Shown here piece by piece: positions 53,801 through 64,000 of a DNA stretch of 64,000 nt. The DNA lies in the NCBI GenBank assembly GCA_040954595.2, contig CM082598.2, forward strand, positions 8,199,097 through 8,263,096, written 5' to 3'. Position 1 is the first letter of the stretch. Each line of letters starts with the position of its first letter. This DNA comes from Balanoglossus misakiensis. Taxonomy: Eukaryota; Animalia; Hemichordata. The translations under genes and the position numbers were made by a program. Under the pieces are notes generated by a model that was not told the DNA's origin, did no database searches, and was given only the letters and a program-made list of their open reading frames with translations.

Positions 53801-56800
53801 GTAAAGTCCATCTACGTCGACCTCAATGGCCCTGATGCTGTCATTTGAGAAACACGTCAGCGGGAGGTCTGGATTATGACCGATATTGCCCGGAAACTTG
53901 CACAATTGATCTTCCATTGAGACAATCAGTTCGTGGTCAAATACAATTCTTTCATCTGGAAAATTGTCAAATAAGAAATCAACTTCTACTTTTGAGTATA
54001 AACAAGTCGCGATATCAAAATTGTCGGGTAATCCAAGGACTTAGACAGTCTAAGGTATAACATTGATTTAACTTTTCTAGCCTCAATAATGCTCTTATGG
54101 ATCGTAATAATGCCATTGTGTCTAACAATTGAATCATTACATGGCACAACACAGAGAGACTGACTGACAGATATGGACACACACGCCCAATATTACTAAG
54201 AGAGTAACAATCGGATATTAAATCAAAGAGCACAAAAAGTGATAGACAATAAAATAAAATAACTTTACCTTTCTCACAGGTATGTTCATCTTGCGTTAGT
54301 CGAAAACCATGGGTACATACACATTTGTAGCCTGGTGGGTCACTAATACACAATTGACTGCAGTTAGCGCTGTGACACGGAGCTGTCAGAAAAAAGTCAG
54401 AAAAAACGTTAACAAGTGTATGTATGTATGTGTGTATGTATGTATGTATGTATGTATGTATGTATGTATGTATGTATGTATGTATGTATGTATGTATCAG
54501 GCAGGTAGGTAGGTAGGTAGTTAGGCGGGTGGATGGATGGGTACGTAGGTAGGTATGTTAAGATGTTTCTAACAACATGCAGTGCCCCATATATCACGTT
54601 GCATGCCATTCCGAAGTACTTACTTGAACCGGGAGGTTGTTTATTTGGAGAGTAATAGACAATCCCATTCGGTTCGTAATATCCAATTGGAATCCTATCG
54701 ATCTTCTTTCGTATGTCCAGGGGAACTAGATATACTCGGTGTCTGTCTATTTCAGTCACGAAGAATCCAAAATCCTTATGACCAAAGGAGAGTAAACTCA
54801 ATTGATTAGAATATACTATAATCGTGCTACATGTATTTGAAAATGTTGAGATTCCCTTTATGTTAAAGTGTCACCCACGTTACACATTATTTGGGTTATT
54901 TTGATTGCTTGTTCTCCTCACTGTATGTTATAAATCACAGGTTATACTTGTGCGTGGGTTACGACAATGAATACTAAAATGACGCAATTTTGGTCTTGAC
55001 CCTAAAGTGATTGACATATTCATGCATTTTGTCAATGTACAATGTATGTTTTAGCTGAGACACATCATTATGCAACTAGTCGTTGTCAACTATACGTGAA
55101 TAGAACAGCATAACCCATCAAGGTGGGCGACTTTGTATTTTAGGTATAATTATAATACATGTATTCGGCTGTCTGTCAGTCTATCTCAGTGTCTCTGTCT
55201 GTCTATCTCGCGCCCTTTCTTATTGTATCTGTCCGTCTGTCTGTCTATCTCGCGCTCTTTCTTATTGTGTCTGTCTGTCTGTCTGTCTGTCTCACTCCCA
55301 CCCAAGCTCTCTCTCTCGTTCGTCTTTTACTTACACGATCAATGTCAACGCCAAAGATATTGGTGAAATCGGGCGATGTAGCTACTACCAGTGGTTGTGC
55401 TGTCAAACCCTCAAGATCAAGGCTCATTATGCGCCCATTTAAGTTGTTAGCCCAGTATAACCTTTGAAGGGAGCACAGTATGTGGCAGTGTTCATTATTA
55501 CTCTGTTGTGAATCATATTTTAATGTAATGTTCCCTGGGGCACTCATAAATGTCCGTTATCACATGTATAATAAGGTTAATGCCCGGTGCAAGTAAAACC
55601 TACACAGTTGGACTTGTGATAAACTGTGTCACTGCATTTGTTAACTGTTTATACGCATCCCTAAAATTCAATCAGTTCCCACGATGTCAGGTATGCAAAT
55701 TATGTTTACATCAACTTCACCAGTGGCAGGCTGCGACAAGTACTTACACGTTTGAAGTGAAGTCGATTGTCAGTGTGATAGGTTTACCAATGAGTTCGCT
55801 CTTTTCCTGCAGAATTGTCCTGTCTTCTCCGGTTAGTGTTGCTCGCTCTATTCTGTAAGTCCCGCCAATATCAGCCCAGTAGAGAAACCTAGAAAAATGA
55901 TCAAGAGTACTCAGTTGCTTTTCGGACCAATATCGCATGTTTAGCACAGTGCAGAACTTCAAAAGACGATAGTCTAATGTATGCTCACCCTGTCAAAGGA
56001 TTACACGCGATACCGGACGGATGGTCTAAACCTGTGGTAATCAGGGACCGGTGGTACGTTCCGCCGTAATAGTTCTGTTTCAAAATGACCTACATTACAC
56101 GTCCTATACACATGTATTGCCTGTTCTGATTGGTTTATCCGATTCTCTAAGGTCCACTTGCGGCACGCTGATTGGAGGGACCTTATAGGTTAGGTCTTAT
56201 TACTATGTATTATTCACTAGACCTTGTAGGTTAGGTCTTATTATTATGCATTATTCACTTTACAGCTCCTTGATTGGTTAATGTGTAGGTCTGGTCCTCC
56301 AGTGTTCACTGCCTCATTATACAGGACCTTATAGGTTAGGTCTTATTAATATGTATTTATTCACCATACAGCTCCCTGATTGGTTAACGTGTTAGTCTGG
56401 TCCCCCATGTGTTCACTGCCTCATTATACAGGACCTTGTAGGTTAGGTCTTATTAACATGCATTTATTCAATTTTCAGCTCCCTGATTGGTTAATGTGTA
56501 GGTCTCCAATTTTCACTGCCTCGTTATGCAAAGTCTTTTGTACTTTCTGAATACAGTTGTCGTATTCTGTCTGCCATGCTGCCTGCGCGTTGTCGAAGCT
56601 CGATCCCAGTGTATAAAGAAAGGCACTCATATAATGATTGGATTTCACCTTTTCCTTCACTATTCATGGCATTTTATGTGATACTGTGAACTAGATACTC
56701 GAAATAAAAATTGTCAGGAGAAATTTCGTATTTTATTTCCAGTGGTGGTTTGTTGAAATGGGCTAGTGTTTTGTTACGTAATGCCTTTCAGCGCATCACT

Positions 56801-59481
56801 TCGTGTAACACCTGGCTGAATACGAAGTGTGTGCTATTCATTCGAGCAAACCAAAAATATCTTACAATAGAAATGTTTAGAATAGCATTGCATTTCTTTA
56901 ATTGGGATACCTCATTCGTTGCTTTACAGGTATGATTACTTTTATTGAACTTCTTTCACGAAGCTGCACCGTCATAGTTCCATTTTTATGAAAACAATAT
57001 ACGAATGTATAAACGGACAACGTGCTCCTTATCACAACATGTTCGTCAAAACATATTTACTTTAAAATAGTAAAACAACAATAATAATATTGATGATGAG
57101 AAGTAGGAGGGTGGTTAAAAAAATATACAACTGTTAGCAAAAATGCTTAGAGTTAATCAGATTTTCAAAGTCCATCTCAAAATCATTTAATCTTTCCAGG
57201 GTGCGGTTTATGTTGGAGATAGTATCAGTCAGGCTATTTCTCAGAAAATCAATGAATGATCTGCGGACATCCCGAATAATGTGTTACCAGGAATCACATG
57301 GGACATTTCACAATGAGGCAGTGAACACTGGGGGACCAGACTGACATTAACCAATCAGGGAGCTGTATGGTGAATAAATACATATTAATAAGACCTAACC
57401 TACAAGGTCCTGCATAATGAGGCAGTGAACACTGGAGGACCAGACCTACACATTAACCAATCAGGGAGCTGTAAAGTGAATAATGCATAATAATAAGACC
57501 TAAGCTACAAGGTCTAGTGAATAATACATAGTAATAAGACCTAACCTACAAGGTCCCTCCAATCAGCGAGCCGCAAGTGGACCTAAGATTACCAGATCGA
57601 CCAATCACAGATGTCGGTACTTATGTCTTGGACCTGACTTATGAAACAGGACTATTAGTCCTGTTTCAAAATGACCTACATTACAGGTCCTATGCACATG
57701 TATTACATGTTATGATTGGTTTATCCGCTTCTCTAAGGTCCACTTGCGGCTCGCTGATTGGAGGGACCTTATGTGTTAGGTCTTATTACTATGTATTATT
57801 CACTGGACCTTATAGGTTAGGTCTTATTACTATGTATTATTCACTGGACCTTATAGGTTAGGTCTTATTACTATGCATTATTCACTTTACAGCTCCCTGA
57901 TTGGTTAAGGTGTAGGTCTGGTCCTCCAGTGTTCACTGCCTCATTATGCAGGACCTTGTAGGTTAGGTCTTATTAATATGTATTTATTCACCATACAGCT
58001 CCCTGATTGGTTAACGTGTCAGTCTGGTCCCCCCCAGTGTTCACTGCCTCATTGTGAAATGTCCCATGTGCTTCCTGGCTAGCGTTGTGGTAACACATTT
58101 TTCGGGGTGTCCGCAGATCGTTCATTGATTTTCTGAGAAATAGCCTGACTGATACTATCTCCAACATAAACCGCACCCTGGAAAGATAAATGATCTTTTA
58201 GGTGGACTTTGAAAATCTGATTAACTCATCTAAGCATTTTAGCTAAGTTGTATTTTTTTTAATCACCCTCCTACTTTTCATCATCAATTTTATTATTGTT
58301 GTTATTACTATTTTAAAGTAAATTTGTTTTGACGAAGATGTTGTGATAAGGAGCACGTCGTCCGTTTATACATTCGTATATTGTTTTCATAAAAAGGGAA
58401 CTATGACGGTGCAGCTTCGTGAAAGAAGTACAATAAAAGTTATCATACCTGTAAAGCAACTAATGAGGTATCCCAAAGAAATGCAATGCTATTCTAAACA
58501 TTTCTATTGTAAGATATTTTTGGTTTGCTCGAATGAATAGCACACACTTCGTATTCAGCCAGGTGTTACACGAAGTGATGCGCTGAAAGGCATTACGTAA
58601 CAAAACACTAGCCCATTTCAACAAACCGCCACTGAAAATAAAATAAAAAAATTCTCCTGGCAATTTTTATTTCGAGTATCTAGTTCACAGTATCACATAA
58701 AATGCCATGAATAGTGTGAAGGAAAATGTGAAATCCAATCATTATATGAGTGCCTTTCTTTATACACTGGGATCGATCGCGAGCTTCGACCACGCGCAGG
58801 TAGCATGCCAGACAGAATACGACAACAGTATTTAGAAAGTACAAAAGACTTTGCATAACGAGGCAGTGAAAACTGGAGACCTACACATTAACCAATCAGG
58901 GAGCTGTAAAGTGAATAATACATAGTAATAAGACCTAACCTACAAGGTCTAGTGAATAATACATAATGATAAGACCTAACACATAAGGTCCCTCCAATCA
59001 GCGTGCCGCAAGTGGACCTAAGATTACCAGATGGACCAATCACAGATGTCGGTACATATGTCATGGACCTGACTTATGAAACAGGACTACTTGGACACTA
59101 GAATCCACTTGTAGCCTGCATCCGTCCAGTAGATGTTGTTAGCAAGCCAGTCAACGGCGAGTGAGTCGACTCTGTTCGACGTGCCGTTGTACATTGTCGA
59201 GTACGCGCCATCCTGAAGGTTCTGCCGTGTAATGTTCATGTGGCCGTTGTCGCTGTAGAATAGCAAGGAGTCGTCGTAATCGTAGGTCAATGCCACCAGT
59301 ACGGCATAATAATGTGCCAACCGAAGCTCGTAGCCATAAATTCCCCTGTTAACCGACCATTCGTCATAGATTGATTGACCGGTACCATTCAAGTGTATGA
59401 TTCGAGACTCGTATGCGGAGTGGTCGGCAAAGAGTACACCCAGGGAATACCCTATCGGGTCACTGACGTCGCTTCTGACAC
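47819..59481 (-). CDS. LRP-like single-pass receptor (YWTD propeller-EGF x2, sushi x2, EGF, TM, Tyr-rich tail); this copy appears disrupted
   Basis: Phase-consistent GT/AG exons: 55989-59481 (split by an insertion), 55748-55888, 55335-55461, 54624-54774, 54269-54382, 53704-53955, 52862-53015, 52216-52350, 51978-52104, 51170-51314, 50441-50536, 49944-50120, 49428-49598, 49129-49254, 48866-48953 (TM) and a last exon from 48616. Motifs include IYWTD, LYWAD, LYWTD and LFWT. The 5' exons were not resolved. Confidence 0.88.
54417..54497. repeat. (TATG)n microsatellite
   Basis: Directly visible. Confidence 0.95.
56072..57652. mobile_element. Non-autonomous TIR transposon, monomer 1 (TA target, long subterminal inverted repeat arrays)
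   Basis: TA|GTTCTGTTTCA...TGAAACAGGAC|TA, with repeated GACCTTxTAGGTTAGGTCTTATTA motifs inverted at the two ends. Confidence 0.88.
57658..59087. mobile_element. Same transposon, monomer 2, with core inverted relative to monomer 1
   Basis: Same left and right termini as monomer 1, but the core ~58050-58870 is the reverse complement of ~56515-57310. The same spurious peptide appears at 56711(+) and 58460(-). Confidence 0.88.
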
Positions 59482-60987
59482 CTAAAGGCGATAATATAAA
59501 ATTATTTATAGAAGCGATAATTGCAGAATGTCTTGTGTTATTTTTCAAGCAATATACCTGTTGCAGACTGTGTGTAATTCCTACAGGTATTCTCTTATAA
59601 TCGTATACAATCTCACGTTTGAACTAAGACGCTGCTGCATGGGTAACGTCTGTTCAGTTTTCGTACAAATTAACCCGAAAGGAATTTTACCCTGTTTCAC
59701 CCATATTCCTCATGCAATCAGTTTTCATCAGTATTGAAACTGCAAACATAGACGCGATATCATTGTACATGTATAGTCGTTTCAGGGAGAGATACTACCG
59801 AAACTTCAAAATTATAACATTGCTGGATAACCACTGCCTATTACAGAATTACGACTATGTGTCGTTTTTGACTGAGTGGTCATTGCTGCAAGAAGCTACA
59901 TCTTAATTTTTAGATTTATCTCCCACATATATATTTATTGCGTAAAAATTCACAATCAATTACGCAAGAACCACAGATGAAGTAATTTGGTTTTGAATGG
60001 GGACCTCGAGTATATAAGGAAGATAAACACTTTTGACTCTTTACATGTTTGGAGTTCAGAGTTATAACATCCCATGCACAACTCCAGTAAGGATGTAATT
60101 TCTAACACACTAAAATAACTTTGTCTACTAGACCATAAATGTACATATGTCTAAGGAGTAGATAGGTTTCTGATATTTATTCATTTACAAAAAGACAAGC
60201 AAAAGGCAAGACCATATAGAGGCACCTTTGTACAAATTAGTGCGTCCCCTTTGGTGACCTTTTGTATGCAAATTAGTTATATCCAATTTCCGGCCGTTGA
60301 TTTCAAAATTATGCATTTAACTTTTAATTGACTCTACTCTCTATTGTGTGAAAAAATAGAAGACATTTGCGGCTGAATAATTTAAGATGACTCCATGGGG
60401 TTTTACCCTTATACCAAAAACGTGGCACTATGCCAGCGTTTGAGTAATATAAGCACTTCTCCGTAGTTAAGATGGCGTTCAAAATGCCCCCAAACAATGG
60501 AAAAGATATGGGAATACGATTAACGCGGCATGAATAATATTGTTACAATCACGCAGAGTACCGCTTGTTGTTTTTCAAGGCTAACGAATGTCAAACCAGC
60601 TAAGATTTTCGTCTCTCTAAATCTCGACTTCAATTGCAACCGCATAATTATTTGCACAGTATTGATTAGGGCCGGGGCATTAAATTATTGGTTCACAATC
60701 TTGGTTAACACTTTTATTGTGGTTAAGTACTAAACCACAAACAATTGCCGAGTTGCCTGTCACGAATCTTATTGTATTTGGGTCGAAAACATATTGAGTC
60801 GTGATGTTTTTGTACTCGACAAAGTCTTGTAAATACCTTGTTATTTAGTCAGTAAACATTACCGTCCTATAAAATAATATTTCACAACACGGCGGCAAAC
60901 GATAATCCAACGTGCACCATTTGTCACCGAGGTACTTTAATATGTAATGTACATTTTCTAATAATTTTTTATGCATACTATACTTAC

Positions 60988-61097
60988 GAAATAATTGGAC
61001 TCAGATATCATACGAGTGCGCGAACAGACAGTCAAAGTTTCACATTATCTGTGAGCGCACCGTGGCTCAACATTTGAGAGAGCCGCTAGTTTATATG
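60988..61097 (-). promoter_or_regulatory. Possible TATA box and first non-coding exon of the receptor gene
   Basis: The minus strand has CATATAAA (~61090-61097) and a GTAAGT donor about 100 nt downstream. The link to the receptor gene is inferred. Confidence 0.3.
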
Positions 61098-63340
61098 GCT
61101 CATTTTTACAATCTCTATACTTGTGCCATAAAATGCGACCTATGGCGGATTTATGATGGGCAGATCAGAGCACGAGAAGTACTCATCGGTTGTTAGTTGC
61201 CAGTGTTTGTACTGAGAAGCAATGCTGACCAAATTGGGCACGTAAAAAAGACCATGTATGTATATGATGAATACTACTTATTTTGATAAGCGCTGTAGTC
61301 ACGATGATGTTATTATCGAATGTGTACATATCTGAAAAGCATGTCTTACCCAAGGTGTGATACCTCAACTAAATAAATAAGACACGTAGTGAAAACAATA
61401 TCACAATTTCACAACACACCTCCGACATTATACATTTCAGACCAATCAAAAAGGTGCACGATCACCTTCAATTTACATATGCCTGTATGTAGTATAGAGG
61501 GCGCGTCGTAGACTTCAAATGGCCAAGTGGTGGTGCTCTTTATTTCACGTGTGCCATCCGTTGAAAATATATGATTGGCTAAATTTGAATTTTTCATTTC
61601 AAACGTAGTTAAATTGCGTACTGGGTGTCCGTTTTCCTTAATGGGTTGTATCTTTGGGAGCCGACATTAAATAGGCCGGGCGGCGGAGGAATTTAACTAT
61701 AAAATTCCAAAATTCTGAGTAAGCAAGCAAATAGAAATGCCAAGAAAGGCGAATCATGCACCACGCCAAATTGACAAATCAAAATGCGGCAAGGAAATTG
61801 CAGCTCACTTCTGACCATGTGCAAAACTCCGTGGCCTGACAAAAATCATGCTATCACTGTATGATTTTTTTTTATTTTTTTTATTTTTTTTTTGGGGGGG
61901 GGGGGGAGGCTTAGTTCGAACGCTAATAGCTCGGGCCAAGTATGAACGTGGTCACTATTGCATTAATGAGGTAACATCTAGGCTGGATCACAATATGTCC
62001 AAGATCACAGATTCACGTAACATTGAATTACCATCACCGCACCTGAGCACAACTAAATCTTCTAGGTGAAATACTTTTGTACATTTCGAAAAAAGTGTCC
62101 CCCTCCCCTTCTTTGTCTCTATACTGCTTGAGAACCTTTTTCTAGCTTTCCACTTTAAGTGAGCCCACACAGTCTGGAGTCTGCCGAAGTTAGAGTTCCA
62201 ATAATGTCCGAGTCTACATAGAGAAATATATTTTCTCGTAGCCTGTCTTATCCTTAAGAGGAGTTGGAGATAATCTTTTCGCAGAAAAGATAAGTAACAT
62301 AATAAAACAAATCAAGAGGCGTCAGGTAGCGTAAGCAGTAGGCAAACGTTATACAAGTGTCAAATGAGCAAGGATCGCAGATGGGCCCTCACAAGATGTT
62401 CATCCCACACACGGAACCGATCTTAACTAATTAAGAACAAACGTCGACCCCCACTATATACAGACAAATAATTTTCGGTTTGATATTTTTGTCTTAATAA
62501 TACATCATTTTGCCGCATTTGAATATCAAAAATACAAAGAAAATAATGTCTCCTCAAGGGTTGATGTAGGTAGGTACCAGATGCGTCACAATTCTCTACC
62601 ATAATTTTCCTGGTTGCCACCAAGCTGTATGCTAGAATGTTCTGTTACTAAAACCAAGGCAAGTGCGTTGCTGACACAACGTTAATTACAATTACTATGT
62701 GGACGTAAATACTCTTAAGAGGTGTTGAGAGGCAAATAGTGTAAAATTATTATGCATTTTTAATTATGCTCTACGTCGTGATAACAATGTCTGGTGCCGT
62801 GTCAATGCTATGCTTTTCCGAACATATACCCTTACAAATGCATCCAACTAAAACAAAATGTTAATTTACTATCGTGGCAAAATGGCATTTGCGCCTTTTC
62901 ATGTTTTGCAAAACCTTATACTTGTGTAGAAATAGTCTTCAGATGTCTCACCTTGCAGTCCAATGGATAGTATAAATGTGAAAATCACACATTTGTTCGG
63001 CCAGCGAATTAAATTCATATTTTCTGGCATGGACTGTCCTCTGTCCAGTCTCTGTTCCGAGCAAAACTCAAACAACAACTGGTTCGCATATACATGGGAC
63101 AGTAAAAGTTATATGCGGAACCACTGGGCGTGGTCTTATATAAAGAGTTATGGGTATACGTATACAAACACTGTGCTGAGAGTTTTACAGAGTTTATTAC
63201 CATGCAATTTATCCCAAAATAGTTCCAATCGTGTTTACAATCAGTGCTTTGTGAGCTCTCGTATTATTGGGTCTTGGCGTCCACGCCTGTGACATGATTT
63301 AACTAAGATTAAGAATCGCCAAGAAAAGGACAGTGCTTAG

Positions 63341-63777
63341 TACGGAGGCTTAATGAGGCCACAGGAGTAATTTTTTTTTGTTTCATACCTGTAATTTTGT
63401 TTTCATGCCGGTAATAAAAATTTCATACCTGTAATAAAAATTTCATGCCTGTATTTTTTTTTTTACTTTCGTGACATTTTAACCTACAAGATCTGCTCAG
63501 CTCAGCTGAGTTCAAGTGTGATATTGCGGTCAAAGTTAAGCATAAACCTTTGATATCAACATTCAGGAAGAGAGTAGAAAATACAAACAGAGGTGTCATA
63601 ACCTGAGGCAGGTTCCAGCGACACAGAGTCAGCTGAGCCAGTCACTCTACATGCGATCGTAAGCTGTAAGTTCAAAGGTCATTAAAGTAAAAAAAATACA
63701 GGCATGATCTGATGACGTGAAGTGTTTCATGCCTGTAATTTTTTTTTAGTTTCATGTGGCCTCATTAAGCCTCCGTA
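63341..63777. mobile_element. IS3EU-like MITE with a perfect 6-bp TSD
   Basis: 23-bp TIRs TACGGAGGCTTAATGAGGCCACA and TGTGGCCTCATTAAGCCTCCGTA, flanked by GCTTAG on both sides, with internal TTTCATxCCTGTAAT repeats. Confidence 0.85.
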
Positions 63778-64000
63778 GCTTAGCGCTTGCTTTGTTAGTA
63801 ACTTGACCGTTAGTTGATATTCAGGATCTGAATTTGTCATGCTTTCAAACATACTTGTGGGTTTTGTTAAGTCGCAAGTCATTTTGTCCCTGTTCTTAAA
63901 ATTTGGGCTAAACTGTGTTTCCTCTGAAGTTTTGGCCATAGCGTACATTGCGTTTATCTCTCCTGTGGTTGCTGATAAATTCTAAAAGAGCGGCAGTTTA

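Noticed and set aside
56475-58663. Short ORFs inside the transposon dimer as a transposase
   Set aside because: No DDE or HTH motifs, and reading frames are not preserved between the two monomers.

Overview
AT-rich, intron-containing animal genomic DNA, probably from a marine invertebrate (inferred from the repeat types, not tested). No prokaryotic operons, rRNA, tRNA or CRISPR arrays are visible. Bases 1-46 kb are a nest of transposons: Helentron-like and Academ-like non-autonomous elements, a LINE RT scrap, an IS3EU-like shell containing an intact Crypton-type (DUF3504-like) tyrosine-recombinase element, a decayed DIRS/Ngaro retroelement, an 11-kb satellite with a ~5.28-kb higher-order duplication, a SAP-SWIM-YqaJ pseudogene and a KDZ/Zisupton-like (HMGXB3-like) gene with an internal triplication. 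Bases 47.8-59.5 kb hold a minus-strand multi-exon YWTD/EGF/sushi single-pass receptor gene. One of its coding exons is split by a 3-kb tandem transposon dimer whose two monomers have oppositely oriented cores. The most intriguing system is the tyrosine-recombinase element with its terminal ~150-nt hairpin, short inverted repeats and palindromes. Two non-coding elements nearby carry hairpins of the same design, with conserved TC/TC mismatches, suggesting recombination through a folded single strand. All coordinates and translations were read by eye.
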